A DNA stretch of 64,000 nt from Thermoproteota archaeon (GCA_015522685.1 WALU01000032.1:32001-96000); one strand, 5' to 3'; numbered from the stretch's first letter, positions 17,832-28,719 are shown. Numbers and translations: made by a program. Notes: generated by a model from the sequence alone, not told the origin.

Positions 17832-20321
17832 ATGTCTAACAAGAAGGGTATCTTACTCTCAGTGTTTTACTTAGGCAGTGATAAAACTGCTATACTGAAA
17901 TTTTATGACCTTGAAAATGGCCAGGTTTTCCTAGTTAAAGATAGTACTGACCATAAGCCCTACCTTCTCACTAATGCTCCTCCAGACATTATAGAAAATA
18001 TCTTACCTCCCAATCTTATCTCTCGTATCTATAATATCTCCACAGTGAATAAGTATGATGTCCTTCGAGATCAGCAGATTGGGCTAACTAAGATTGAAGC
18101 CAAAGATCCCCTGGCGATCGGAGGATCTTCCCATAATATAAGAGACGAGCTTGTTAAGAAGGGATTTAACGTTTGGGAGGCTAAGATAAAATACTACGAC
18201 TGCTATGTCTACGATAGAGGTCTAATACCCGGATGCTCATATGAGGTAGATGAAGAAGGTAATTTAAGGAGGACTTTAATTGAGAGGAATCTACCCGGTG
18301 AGTTCAGGGATCTAAATCCTAAAATAAAGGAAATTTTGGGATCATTCATACCACTATTTGATGAACCTTCGCCACCGATGCGCAATGCTGCTCTTGATAT
18401 AGAAGTTCTATCTTCTCCAGATAGGATACCAGATCCCTCGAAGCCGGATAGGCCTGTTGCCGCTGTGGCATTGGTGGATAGTGATGGAAGAAAGGAGGTC
18501 CATGTACTGGCTAGAGGAGGGGATATACCAGATAAGTTGAGAAATGGAGCCAGAATTGTGAAGTATGAAAATGAAGGGAGGCTTATAAGATCAGTCCTAG
18601 ATATAATCTCAGATTATCCCATAATCTTCACCTACAATGGAGATAATTTCGATATGCCTTACTTGGCCAGAAGGGCTAGAGAGTTGGGTGTAAGTGATAG
18701 GCCTATAAGGCTAGAGAGGGATCGCGCTCTGCTGGATACTGGAATGCATATAGATCTATACAAACTTTTCAGTAACAGATCAATTCAAGTTTACGTTTTC
18801 GGCAACAAATATCTGGGTTATACATTAGATGAGGTCTCTGAAGCTCTACTAGGAGAAGGAAAGATTCAACTAGGGACTAGAGACTTTTACTCGGTTGGAG
18901 TGAAGGATTTAGCGGAGTATTGCTTACAAGATGCGGAACTCACTTTCAAACTAGGAAATATAGGATCAAGGGAATTGATACATCTGCTGTTCCTCCTATC
19001 TAGGATAAGCAAGATGTCCTTAGAAGAGGTGTCTAGACAAGGTGTCTCTTCATGGATAAGAAACATGATATTCTTCGAATACAGGAAAAGAAATTGGTTA
19101 ATACCAGAGAAAGATGAAATAAAGGCCATTAGAGGAGAGAGAACATATTCCCAAGCAATAATAAAGGGAAAGAAGTATATGGGAGCCATAGTGCTTGAAC
19201 CTGTACCAGGAGTACACTTTAACGTAGCTGTCATGGATTTCGCAAGCCTATATCCTTCCATAATAGGGAGATGGAAGGTGAGTTTTGAGACAATAAATTG
19301 CCCTCATACTGATTGTAAGGACAACAAACCAGTTAGGGAATTGCCCCACTGGATCTGTAAGAAAGGGCTTGGCATAATTCCTTATATGATCCAAGCTCTC
19401 AGAGATGTGAGAGTCAGGAGATATAAGAGGATAGCTAGAGAAGAAAAGAACGAGGAAATGAGAAGGTGGTACGATACAGTTCAGAGAAGCCTCAAGGTAT
19501 TCCTCAATGCTTCTTATGGGATATTTGGATATGAGAATTTTCCTTTATACTCTCCACCTGCAGCGGAAATGATCACAGCTCTAGCAAGGAAATCAATGGT
19601 CCTTTCGATAGAGGAGGCTAAAAAAATGGGGCTAAAAGTGATATATGGTGATACAGATAGCTTATTCATAAAACAAGCTACAAAAAGTAGCATTGAATCC
19701 TTGGAGGCTGTTATAGAATCTAAGCTTGGTATAGATCTAGAGCTGGATAAGTGGTATCGCTACGTTGTCCTATCTAAGCTAAAGAAGAACTACCTAGGAG
19801 TTACAAAAGAGGGAGTTATTGATGTAAAAGGTCTCCTAGGTAAAAAGAGGAACATACCCAGATTTGTGAAAGAAGCATTCAATGAGGTCTTAGAAATTTT
19901 GAGGGGTGTCGAGGCTCCTGAGGAATTTGAGGAGGCCAAGCATAAAGTAGCTGAAACCATAAAGTTATATGTTAAAAAATTAAAATCAGGTGAATTTGAT
20001 CTAGAGGAATTAGCTTTCAGAACAATGCTCTCTAAGAGATTAGATAGCTACAAAAAAACAACGCCGCAGCATGTTAAGGTAGCTAGAATGATGGAAAGCA
20101 TGGGTTACAAGATAGTACCTGGCCAGGTTATAAAATACGTTAAAGTTAGGGGTAGAGAGGGGGTCATGCCAATTGAGCTGGCCAATAAATCCCAGATAGA
20201 CAAAGGAAAATACTTAGAAATAATAAAAACAACATTTGAGCAAATACTTGATTCCTTAGATATGAATTTCGATAGCATAGTCAAAGAGAGGAAATCAACT
20301 AGCTTGGAGGAATTCTTCTAG
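17832..20321 (+). CDS. polB1: Family B DNA polymerase PolB1
   Basis: Exo motifs LDIEV, YNGDNFD, YCLQD intact; DFASLYPS, KVFLNASYG, YGDTDS; B1-type DSTDHKPY, DPLAIGG, TPQHVK; PIP-like SLEEFF. Confidence 0.95.
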   Translation: MSNKKGILLSVFYLGSDKTAILKFYDLENGQVFLVKDSTDHKPYLLTNAPPDIIENILPPNLISRIYNISTVNKYDVLRDQQIGLTKIEAKDPLAIGGSSHNIRDELVKKGFNVWEAKIKYYDCYVYDRGLIPGCSYEVDEEGNLRRTLIERNLPGEFRDLNPKIKEILGSFIPLFDEPSPPMRNAALDIEVLSSPDRIPDPSKPDRPVAAVALVDSDGRKEVHVLARGGDIPDKLRNGARIVKYENEGRLIRSVLDIISDYPIIFTYNGDNFDMPYLARRARELGVSDRPIRLERDRALLDTGMHIDLYKLFSNRSIQVYVFGNKYLGYTLDEVSEALLGEGKIQLGTRDFYSVGVKDLAEYCLQDAELTFKLGNIGSRELIHLLFLLSRISKMSLEEVSRQGVSSWIRNMIFFEYRKRNWLIPEKDEIKAIRGERTYSQAIIKGKKYMGAIVLEPVPGVHFNVAVMDFASLYPSIIGRWKVSFETINCPHTDCKDNKPVRELPHWICKKGLGIIPYMIQALRDVRVRRYKRIAREEKNEEMRRWYDTVQRSLKVFLNASYGIFGYENFPLYSPPAAEMITALARKSMVLSIEEAKKMGLKVIYGDTDSLFIKQATKSSIESLEAVIESKLGIDLELDKWYRYVVLSKLKKNYLGVTKEGVIDVKGLLGKKRNIPRFVKEAFNEVLEILRGVEAPEEFEEAKHKVAETIKLYVKKLKSGEFDLEELAFRTMLSKRLDSYKKTTPQHVKVARMMESMGYKIVPGQVIKYVKVRGREGVMPIELANKSQIDKGKYLEIIKTTFEQILDSLDMNFDSIVKERKSTSLEEFF

Positions 20322-22220
20322 CTTCCTCTTTACTCTTCTACTAACTATGGCCCCATCTATTTTCCCTCTAACTTCCTTCATAACCTCTCCCATTATCATA
20401 CCAAAGGATCTCTCTCCTCTTTCTCTAATAATTTCAGATTTTCTTATCAAGATCTCCTTTATTATGGAATCTAACTTCTCCATAGATATCTGATGATCTT
20501 TGACATAATATTCGGCGCTTGTATATTCCCCTTTTGCGATAGCTCTCAAAACTTCCGGTACAGCTTCCTTAGCAAGCCTACCTTCTCCCAGCAGCTTGGC
20601 GATCTCTATGAAATTATCTTCTTTGAGCTTTTCAATGGGTTCTTCATCTCTCTTAAGAGATCTGATCACTGATATGAGCATGGAGGCCAAGAACCTAGTT
20701 GGAACATTATACTTCGAGATTCTTTCAAAGAGAGCCACTTTATCTTCATCAAATAGTTCCCAAGCTAGGTCCTCCGTAAGGTTATATCGCTCAACTAGCT
20801 TCTCAACGATCTGCTCAGGAGCTGGTGGAAGATACTTTATCCTTCTAAGGATAGGTACTGTCTTAACTGGTAAAACATCAGTTTCAGGATACATTCTCGC
20901 CGAACCTGGTATGGGTCTCATAAAGGATGTATTACCATCGAGTAAAGCTCTCCTAGTCTCATTAGGGACTCTCTTAAGGGCGTACTTAAGTCTCTCTCTT
21001 ATAGATCCAAAAGCCAGCTCTACAGGCTTTCTTTTACCCATAACGAGTATGAAAGAATCTCCTTCCTCACATGATAACTCTGATCTCACTCTCCTAACGT
21101 GATCCTCATCTATTCCATAATTGGGCAGCTCATCTCCGTGTAATATTCCCTTAACCCCCCCAAATACCTTAGCATAATCAGATAACTCTGTCCCAAATCT
21201 CCTTCCAAGCTGGATTTCACTCCCTAATATGCCGGAGAATCCGACAACCCTCATCCCATATACCTTATCTCCTCTAGCTAGCGCTTTCCTTACAAGGTGA
21301 GACTTGGAATCAGCTAAAGCATTCGTTACATCTACTATGGGTGTCCTCAAATATTCTTCCTTGATACCCCTAGATATCAAGCTATCTTTGATCTTTATGA
21401 GGGTTATCTGTCTCTGAACCTCCCTTCTCACAATCTCCGGTATTAAATCTAGATCTTGCACTCCTTTTATCTCCTGCCTAGCTCCATCCCTTATGGATAC
21501 GTTGATATCCTGCCTTATTGTCCCTAACCCCCTCTGAACCCTGCCTGTAGCTCTGAGCATTCTTCCAAGTTTAAGAGCTGCCTCTTTAGCTTGATCTGGG
21601 TGCCAAATGTCTGGTTTAGTTGCCAACTCTACTAGAGGAATACCAAGCCTATCCAACCTATACTTGGCTATTTCAGGCCTGCTTTCAACTATATAAGCGG
21701 ATTCTTCCTCTAAACATAGAGTAGCCATCCTCACAAAACCCCAATTAGTTTCTATACAGCTCTCCTTTCCTCCAATAGCTACAAGGGCTGTTCTTTGAAA
21801 GCCAGTAGTGTTACTCCCATCCACAACTATCTTCCTCATAACATGAATTTCATCTATGGGCTTCATTTTCAACATCAAGGCTATGGTTAGAGCGATCTCC
21901 AGAGCATCCTCATTTAGTGGATATGGAGGAGATTCATCAGCTTCAACTTCACATGTGTTATCATAATATACACCATAAAGGAACATCCTTCTTCTCAGAG
22001 ATTCAAATTTAGCAGCTGGATCCACAGCTCCTAGCTCACTGTAGGAGATACCTAGCTTTCTCTTGATCCACGAATCTGGTTCATCCTCTCTCATAATTGA
22101 TGGGCATTCACAGAAGAGTTTATGAGAATTAAGTCTCTGATGAATCTCAAGGCCGACCTTAAGACCTAAATCCTTATAGTCTAGATCCGTAAGCTCACCT
22201 CCAGCAGGAGGGGAATACAT
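20295..22220 (-). CDS. gatE: Glu-tRNA(Gln) amidotransferase subunit E
   Basis: GLKVGLEIHQ, MRKIVVDGSNTTGFQRT, GTIRQD, ARMYPETD. Confidence 0.97.
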   Translation of the reverse strand: MYSPPAGGELTDLDYKDLGLKVGLEIHQRLNSHKLFCECPSIMREDEPDSWIKRKLGISYSELGAVDPAAKFESLRRRMFLYGVYYDNTCEVEADESPPYPLNEDALEIALTIALMLKMKPIDEIHVMRKIVVDGSNTTGFQRTALVAIGGKESCIETNWGFVRMATLCLEEESAYIVESRPEIAKYRLDRLGIPLVELATKPDIWHPDQAKEAALKLGRMLRATGRVQRGLGTIRQDINVSIRDGARQEIKGVQDLDLIPEIVRREVQRQITLIKIKDSLISRGIKEEYLRTPIVDVTNALADSKSHLVRKALARGDKVYGMRVVGFSGILGSEIQLGRRFGTELSDYAKVFGGVKGILHGDELPNYGIDEDHVRRVRSELSCEEGDSFILVMGKRKPVELAFGSIRERLKYALKRVPNETRRALLDGNTSFMRPIPGSARMYPETDVLPVKTVPILRRIKYLPPAPEQIVEKLVERYNLTEDLAWELFDEDKVALFERISKYNVPTRFLASMLISVIRSLKRDEEPIEKLKEDNFIEIAKLLGEGRLAKEAVPEVLRAIAKGEYTSAEYYVKDHQISMEKLDSIIKEILIRKSEIIRERGERSFGMIMGEVMKEVRGKIDGAIVSRRVKRKLEEFLQAS

Positions 22221-23523
22221 TAAGCCCTAAATGAGCTCCAACTTCTCCAGTCATGTTCTCTTTTATCATCTTCCTGATCTCTTCTAAATTATCTGTATGC
22301 CCCAATACATACATTAACTTCACTAAAGCTACTTCTGGAAGCATATCCTCTCCAGATATAGCTCCGGCCATTAGGAGTCTCCTTCCTGTCTCATATACAT
22401 TAAGATTTACTCTACCAAACAAGCATTGAGATGTGATTACCACCGGGATCCCACTCTTTACTATCTCAGCCACTTCTGGAATCAAATATCTGGGAGTATG
22501 ACCTAAGCCGGTGCCAGCTAAAACTAAGCCCTTAAATCTCTCAGCAAGGGTAGATAGAAATCCGTTTGGGATTCCTGGCCATATCTGCACTAAAGCTACA
22601 TTGGGATCAAGTCTATCATCTAGCTCTACATTACTAGGCCCCTCTCTTTTTCTTCTGAAGTTCTCAGTGAGGAATCTTATGCTATCGTAAGTTACTCTCG
22701 CAATAGGCGGCTCATTTATTGATTGGAAAGCATCCCTCCTGGATGTATGCATCTTTCTAGCCCTTACTCCCCTTATAACATAGGCATACTCATCGCTCGG
22801 GCTGCCATGCATCGCGATCACTGACTCGGCTATTGGGCTTTCTGCAGCCACCCTAGCTGCAGCAATTAGATTAAGGACAGCATCTGTGGATGGTCTATCT
22901 ATAGATCTCTGTGATCCCACGAGAACTACAGGCTTATCTAGGCTGTGGAGCATGAAGGCTAATGCAGCTGCTGTGTAGTGCATAGTATCGGTACCATGAG
23001 CTATAAGAACTCCATCAGCCCCTTTCCTTAACTGCTCATAGACGGCCTTAGCTATAAGCTTCCAATGATTTGGTGTAAGATTCTCACTGAATTCTGAGAA
23101 TAATGTAACATACTTCGTGTTAATAATGTTGGCAAGTTCAGGTACGATATCAAGCAATTCTTCCGGCTTCTCATGAGATATAACAGCACCCGTAGAGTAA
23201 TCTACCTTAGAAGTTATTGTCCCACCAGTGACTATTAGGGGGACGAATGGTAAGTCATCCCTATACCTCAATTTAGGTATCTTCCTCTCTCTAGAAAGAT
23301 TTGCCTTACTAATTAGCTTCATCTTAGCTCCTTCTATATTTATCCCTATATTATACCCATTATCGAGCTTTATTATGAGATGTTCATCATCCAATATTTC
23401 TGGTCTAGGTATTAGGATACCTTCATAGACTCTCCCATCTTTTAGGACACGAATTCTATCGTAATCACCTATCCTCAAACTAGAGAGCAGTTTGCCAACT
23501 CTTCCTCTGTAATGCAGGGTCAT
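22195..23523 (-). CDS. gatD: Glu-tRNA(Gln) amidotransferase subunit D
   Basis: KLDNGYNIG, TGGTI, HGTDT, GSQRSIDRPS, RKMHTSRRDAF. Confidence 0.97.
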   Translation of the reverse strand: MTLHYRGRVGKLLSSLRIGDYDRIRVLKDGRVYEGILIPRPEILDDEHLIIKLDNGYNIGINIEGAKMKLISKANLSRERKIPKLRYRDDLPFVPLIVTGGTITSKVDYSTGAVISHEKPEELLDIVPELANIINTKYVTLFSEFSENLTPNHWKLIAKAVYEQLRKGADGVLIAHGTDTMHYTAAALAFMLHSLDKPVVLVGSQRSIDRPSTDAVLNLIAAARVAAESPIAESVIAMHGSPSDEYAYVIRGVRARKMHTSRRDAFQSINEPPIARVTYDSIRFLTENFRRKREGPSNVELDDRLDPNVALVQIWPGIPNGFLSTLAERFKGLVLAGTGLGHTPRYLIPEVAEIVKSGIPVVITSQCLFGRVNLNVYETGRRLLMAGAISGEDMLPEVALVKLMYVLGHTDNLEEIRKMIKENMTGEVGAHLGLNVFPSCWR

Positions 23524-23572
23524 CGCTTCTCTTAGCAGGATGTACTAAAAAAATTAGGTTAGATGGATAAGA

Positions 23573-23992
23573 TCATCGAATTACCGGCCTAAACTTGTAT
23601 GAATAAGCTATGATGCCAGATTCCCCGCTAACTTTGGTTTTCCTTAGCACCATCTCCACTTCCATTCCCTTCTTTGCTTCTGAAGGAGAGATATCGGTTA
23701 GCTGAGCCATTATCCTACTTCCATCCTCCAATTCTATGATAGCTAGTACGTATGGCGTATAATATTCATATCCTCTTAAAGCATTCCATACAACAGTATA
23801 ATTGAGCACTTTCCCTTTCCTAGGAAGAATGACTGTTTCTATATTCTTAGAACCACATACAGGACATATATCTTCTTTAGGCAGCATTATATAGCCACAA
23901 TCCATACACCTGCCTCCTTCTAGCCTATATCTGGCCGGTATCTCTCTCCAGTGAGCAGGTACGCTCTGCCAATATGCCCACATATCGTTCAC
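23573..23992 (-). CDS. DUF35 Zn-ribbon/OB-fold scaffold protein
   Basis: RYRLEGGRCMDCG...CPVCG, OB fold, YSYKFRP; operon with HMGS and thiolase. Confidence 0.92.
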   Translation of the reverse strand: MNDMWAYWQSVPAHWREIPARYRLEGGRCMDCGYIMLPKEDICPVCGSKNIETVILPRKGKVLNYTVVWNALRGYEYYTPYVLAIIELEDGSRIMAQLTDISPSEAKKGMEVEMVLRKTKVSGESGIIAYSYKFRPVIR

Positions 23993-25128
23993 ACCCCCCT
24001 AACTAGGTGAACTACGGAATTACTTCCTATCCCCCCGATACCAAGAGTCAATCCACTCATGGCTCCTTTAACTTGCCATCCATCTGCTCTTCCAGTTACT
24101 TGTAGATATGCCTCAGCTACTTGGTATACCCCTGTAGCTCCAACGGGATTACCTCTGGCCTTCAATCCTCCCTCCGGATTTATTGGAACGGGCCCATCCC
24201 TATTGGCCTCGCCACTGCTGAATAGGCGAGACGCTTTCCCTCTCTCCGCTAATCCCAATTCCTCCACTGCAATATATCCCATAATGCTAGAGTAATCATG
24301 TATTATGTAAAAGTCTGGCTTGAAGTTAGTATTCTCCATGGCTCTTTTGAAAGCAGTTCTAATAGAAGGCATTTCTGTCAAATCTCTCCTCCTATATAGC
24401 GATATGGAGTCTGTGGCTTGTCCCGAGGAAACTATCTCAGCATTCCCATTAGATCCCTCAGCATCTTTAGATAACACTACTGCTGCAGCTCCATCACCTA
24501 GAGGCGCTAGATCAAGCATTGTGAGGGGTTCCGCTATGACTGGAGAAGAAGAATAGCTTTCTGGTTTCAATTTGAATCTGAGCTGAGCATGAGGAGTATC
24601 TACTGCATTTTCATGCATGAGTAAAGGTAGATATGAGAACTCCTCCTTAGATACATTATATTTCCACATATATGCCCTCATAACTAATGCATGCATGGCA
24701 TCTAGCGTTCCTCCATGAAAAGCCTCATATTCTGAATCTATTGATGTAGAAAGAGCTGAATTAGAGTCTTCGAGGGCTGTATAATCGGTGACTTTTTCTA
24801 CACCAACAACAAGTACTCTATCCGCCATTTTAGAGGATACTAGACTGCTGGCTAAGAGGACAGCAGCTCCTCCCGAAGCCCCAGCGGCCTCGATTTTAAC
24901 TGCAGGGAGGCCTATCTTTCCCAAATGAGTAGCTACATAGGAACCTAGGTTCTCTTGACCATTAACAACTCCCGATAGAGCATTTGCGACGACTATATAA
25001 TCTATATTCTTATTACAAGATTCTAGCGCCTTTAAAGATGCCTCGACTGCAAGATGCCTCAAGGACTTATTCCAGTGATTTCCGACATTAGTTAAACCAA
25101 CTCCAACTATATATACCATTAGGCACAC
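23989..25128 (-). CDS. Acetyl-CoA acetyltransferase (thiolase)-like protein with catalytic Cys and His replaced
   Basis: Thiolase motifs DGAAAVVL and INPEGGLKARG.PVGATG present, but EAAGASG (normally EAACASG) and GNP (normally GHP). Confidence 0.85.
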   Translation of the reverse strand: MCLMVYIVGVGLTNVGNHWNKSLRHLAVEASLKALESCNKNIDYIVVANALSGVVNGQENLGSYVATHLGKIGLPAVKIEAAGASGGAAVLLASSLVSSKMADRVLVVGVEKVTDYTALEDSNSALSTSIDSEYEAFHGGTLDAMHALVMRAYMWKYNVSKEEFSYLPLLMHENAVDTPHAQLRFKLKPESYSSSPVIAEPLTMLDLAPLGDGAAAVVLSKDAEGSNGNAEIVSSGQATDSISLYRRRDLTEMPSIRTAFKRAMENTNFKPDFYIIHDYSSIMGYIAVEELGLAERGKASRLFSSGEANRDGPVPINPEGGLKARGNPVGATGVYQVAEAYLQVTGRADGWQVKGAMSGLTLGIGGIGSNSVVHLVRGV

Positions 25129-25131
25129 CCC

Positions 25132-26226
25132 CTAATAAGAGCTAAAATCATGGAGCATACGTATCATCCTTCTGTAGCGAGCATAGGTTGTGTAATCAAC
25201 GTATTCTTTTCTATTAACATAATTTAGTGTCTTAGGAGCTAAATTTTGCACCTCCTCAATGCCATCATTGACCTCTATATGAAAAGCATCGCTGCCAGCT
25301 CCAGAACCAAATGACACAACTAGAATGCGCTGTCCAGGCTTTGCCTGATCAAGAACGGCCGACAAACCAACTAAGGCCGATCCACTGTATGTGTTTCCTA
25401 TGTATGGAGTGATCAGACCTGGCTTTACCTTATCCGGGGTGAAACCAAGTCTAGTACCTACTCTCAACGGATATTTGCCATTGGGCTGATGAAATACTGC
25501 ATAATCATAATCCTCGGGTTTTGTTCCGATGAAGTTCATTAGTTCCTTGGCTGCCGTCATTATATGCTTAAAGTAAGCAGGTCCGCCAGTAAAGGCCCTT
25601 GTGTGGGCTGGGTAATGCTCATGCTGCCTCCTCCAGAAATCTGGTGTGTCTGTCACATGAGAGAGTGAAGCTTTTATAACAGCTACTGAGTCCGCTGCAG
25701 GCCCTAATATATAAGCAGATCCTCCAGCCGCTGCAGTATATTCTAAGGCATCTCCTGGCGCTCCCTGTGCAGTGTCTGCTCCTACTGCTAAGCCATAGTC
25801 TATCATATTGGAGCCTATAAGCCCTATTACTGCTTGGATCGCTTCAGTGCCAGCCTTGCAGGCGAACTCGTAGTCAGCACCTGTAGTAAGCCTTCTCTCG
25901 CCACCTGCACCTAAGGCCTCTATAAGCATGGTGGCTGTAGTCTTAACGGCATAAGGTTTAGATTCTGTTCCTACGTAGACAGCTCTCAGTTTAGAAGCCT
26001 CTATATGGGCTCTTTTTAAGGCATTAATTGAGGATTCGTAAGCTATGGTGAAGGCATCTTCATCTATACCCGGTACGCTCTTCTCTTGGACCATTATACC
26101 TGCTGCATATCTATTCCAATCCCTGCCCCACTCTCTAGCAAGCTCTTCGGATCTTACCCTCCATTTAGGAACATAAACTCCCCATCCAACTATACCTACT
26201 TTCCTATTTGCTTTCATAAGGATCAC
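25132..26226 (-). CDS. Hydroxymethylglutaryl-CoA synthase (archaeal)
   Basis: GTESKPYAVK, EFACKAG, DTPDFWRR, HQPN, GNTYSG, SFGSGAGSD. Confidence 0.95.
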   Translation of the reverse strand: MILMKANRKVGIVGWGVYVPKWRVRSEELAREWGRDWNRYAAGIMVQEKSVPGIDEDAFTIAYESSINALKRAHIEASKLRAVYVGTESKPYAVKTTATMLIEALGAGGERRLTTGADYEFACKAGTEAIQAVIGLIGSNMIDYGLAVGADTAQGAPGDALEYTAAAGGSAYILGPAADSVAVIKASLSHVTDTPDFWRRQHEHYPAHTRAFTGGPAYFKHIMTAAKELMNFIGTKPEDYDYAVFHQPNGKYPLRVGTRLGFTPDKVKPGLITPYIGNTYSGSALVGLSAVLDQAKPGQRILVVSFGSGAGSDAFHIEVNDGIEEVQNLAPKTLNYVNRKEYVDYTTYARYRRMIRMLHDFSSY

Positions 26227-26660
26227 CTACCAGAATTGATGAGCATAGCTGTCTAAATCGGCGTCTATAGATCTTACTTATTCTTCCTTCCCTAGCATAT
26301 TAAAAATCATTATGTTATAAGGAGAAAATAAATAGGAATTATATTAACATAAGCTTATTGATTTTATCATAATATAATGCGCCATTAAGTATTATTTCAT
26401 TTACTATCGAAAAAATAGGAGTAAAAATAAGTCTATTGACAAACCTTAGACATGATAGAGCTTTGATTGGCCTTAAGAAGAGCTAATTCAACCATATCAA
26501 TGGATCTTATGGAACCTATAAGAATGTAGATGAATCTTTCTAGGAATGAAAGATTTAGAAGCTGGTTTAGATATGCGGAGACTATTAGAAAGATGATTAT
26601 TATAAGATTAAATGAGATCAGGCCTGAGCCAAGAACTGGCTTCCAGCAATCTTCTGATTT

Positions 26661-27305
26661 CTATTTAAGAACTTTTCCGGTTTCCATATACCAAAGGTAA
26701 AGATCAAGCTCTGCAAGGCTCAGTCCTGTTCTCTGGGCTATCTCCTCTAGTATTCTTTCTATTTCTAGGTACTTCTTTCTAGTAATGCTTTTAGGTCTCT
26801 CTATCAATTCATACCTAGATAACAGATCCACTATATGAAAATCCACTATAGCTAAGTTTTTGAATCCTATGTTTCTAAGAAAGTGACTCGCTTCCTTATA
26901 TCCCAATCCTTTAACATTCTTTACGAACCACTCCCTCAGAGCCTTCTCGTCTTTAAAGCTTTCCAATATGCTCTTGAGTTTAGGGATGAGCTCTCTGGCC
27001 TTAACTATATATCTAGCCCTAGTCTTGGGAAAACGATATCCTAAATCCCTAAGCTTAATCTCAAGCTCCTCCTTAGATAGGTTTATTAGACCATCATTCA
27101 GTGACTTTTGGATTTTTATCCCTCCCTCAGCGCTATAATTTGCAGTTAGTATGCAGAAAGCTAGTTCCTTAAATATCTTCTCATTGTTACTCTTGTCAAT
27201 TTCTTCAAATTCCATTATTCTCTCTTTTATAGTTTTTGTTACACTACTCTTTCCTAGACTTTCTATCTCCATCACTATCCTATCCATTCTGTCTGATCTT
27301 CTCAT
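26661..27305 (-). CDS. ogg: 8-oxoguanine DNA glycosylase/AP lyase
   Basis: ELAFCILTAN, KGLGYKEASHFLRN, IVDFH, LDLYLWY..TGKVLK. Confidence 0.93.
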   Translation of the reverse strand: MRRSDRMDRIVMEIESLGKSSVTKTIKERIMEFEEIDKSNNEKIFKELAFCILTANYSAEGGIKIQKSLNDGLINLSKEELEIKLRDLGYRFPKTRARYIVKARELIPKLKSILESFKDEKALREWFVKNVKGLGYKEASHFLRNIGFKNLAIVDFHIVDLLSRYELIERPKSITRKKYLEIERILEEIAQRTGLSLAELDLYLWYMETGKVLK

Positions 27306-27825
27306 GATCTAAGCCACCTTTATATGTAACTTATATAACATTACCAGCCTTATCCTAACAACTATTATCCTTCTAGCTGTTATCTCTTAAATTAAAAGCA
27401 TTATGGGATCAGGACTCGGCAAAATCCTCATAATTCAGTCTCTAGTTTTCCTCATCTCCCAGCTAATAATAAAAAAGCTCATTTATAAGAGGTAGCTAGC
27501 TCCGAAGAAAAATAGAATGAAAGGGAGGGAGACATATTCCTCATCATAGTAACAACAATAGTCGCTTTAGGTATACAAACACTCTCGATCACTATTATAA
27601 CCTTGCGGGCTTATATTTTGAAATTTTTACAATAACCTTTAGATAAATATTACTTATCACTAAAGTAACAAGTCATGTCAGGTATATAAACAAATCAGTC
27701 ACATCTTCTTAATATTCTCATCTCTCCTATATCCTCTTTCTCTTTTTTTACTTTAACATGCAGTAGGTAAGGCCCTCGACTCTCAATCACAAATCCTTAT
27801 TATACTGAATTAGGTTGATTCTACT

Positions 27826-28617
27826 ATGAACAGAGACAGCCTGATAGTTGTCGGGGTGATAATAGTAGTAGCCATAGTGCTTGGTTCTGCATATATTACA
27901 ATTTCAAGGGGCGTAGCTCCATCTTTGCTAGGAACAATGACGTCCGGTAGCGAGCGTGGGAGTGCTCGCACTACTATGACATCAGCCAGTGGAGGTAAAA
28001 CACAGACTAAAACAAATGCAGGAAATGGCCCTAGCTTTAGCTCTCTATTCCTCAAGAAAGGGAAATTTTCAGCTACATATGATTTGTATAAGAATCTAAA
28101 GAAAGAAGGTACTGCTAGCATATATGTCAAAGGGGCTAAGGAGAGTAGATTCGACTTGAGCATACCTCAGAGTCAATACATAACTATAAGAAATGACACA
28201 AGCTATATAACTTGTTTCAAACAGGCTAAACAAAGTTGGCAATGCTTCAAGGCTAAGGAGGGGCAGTATCCACAATCTCAGGGAGGAGGCAGACCTCAAG
28301 TTAGTGATCCTGTCAAAGAGGGTGAGGAATTCAAGAGTCCTATATATAATGGAACTAGGAAGTATGCTGGTAAGACCTGTTATTGCTATTACGTAAAGAA
28401 GCAGAAGAAGATTATGATAAATGGGAGCGAAAAAATGGGATCTGCTTATATAGAGATATGCATAACATCGGATGGAGTACCAGGCTATTTCTTATCTCTA
28501 TGGAATTCCCCTAGTGGAAAGGACATAGTTAGATATGAAGGCGTAGCAAAGACTATCTTATATTCTGTTCCAGAAAATGTATTTAATCCTCCTGCTCAGC
28601 CAAGGAGTCTTCCATAA
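27826..28617 (+). CDS. Membrane-anchored exported protein, Ser/Thr linker, Cys-containing LolA/DUF4412-like domain
   Basis: N-terminal TM helix, S/T/G linker, five Cys, C-terminal VPENVFNPP. Fold assignment is inference. Confidence 0.6.
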   Translation: MNRDSLIVVGVIIVVAIVLGSAYITISRGVAPSLLGTMTSGSERGSARTTMTSASGGKTQTKTNAGNGPSFSSLFLKKGKFSATYDLYKNLKKEGTASIYVKGAKESRFDLSIPQSQYITIRNDTSYITCFKQAKQSWQCFKAKEGQYPQSQGGGRPQVSDPVKEGEEFKSPIYNGTRKYAGKTCYCYYVKKQKKIMINGSEKMGSAYIEICITSDGVPGYFLSLWNSPSGKDIVRYEGVAKTILYSVPENVFNPPAQPRSLP

Positions 28618-28719
28618 ACTTCCGCTTCCTTTATGTTTCATAAGCGCTATATGCTGGAGAATGACCAGTAGGCATGATGGTTATCAAGTTTTTATTTGAC
28701 CTAATCTAGAAGCTAATAC

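Noticed and set aside
20295-20321. Convergent 3' overlap of polB1 and gatE (similar short overlaps elsewhere)
   Set aside because: Ordinary for compact archaeal genomes.
519-20321. Inteins in either PolB
   Set aside because: Lengths are normal, motifs are contiguous and no intein splice-junction signatures are present.
26440-26660. Possible remnant of a minimal nucleotidyltransferase (RFRSWFRYAETIRK)
   Set aside because: No GS or D-x-D motif recoverable; resemblance too weak.
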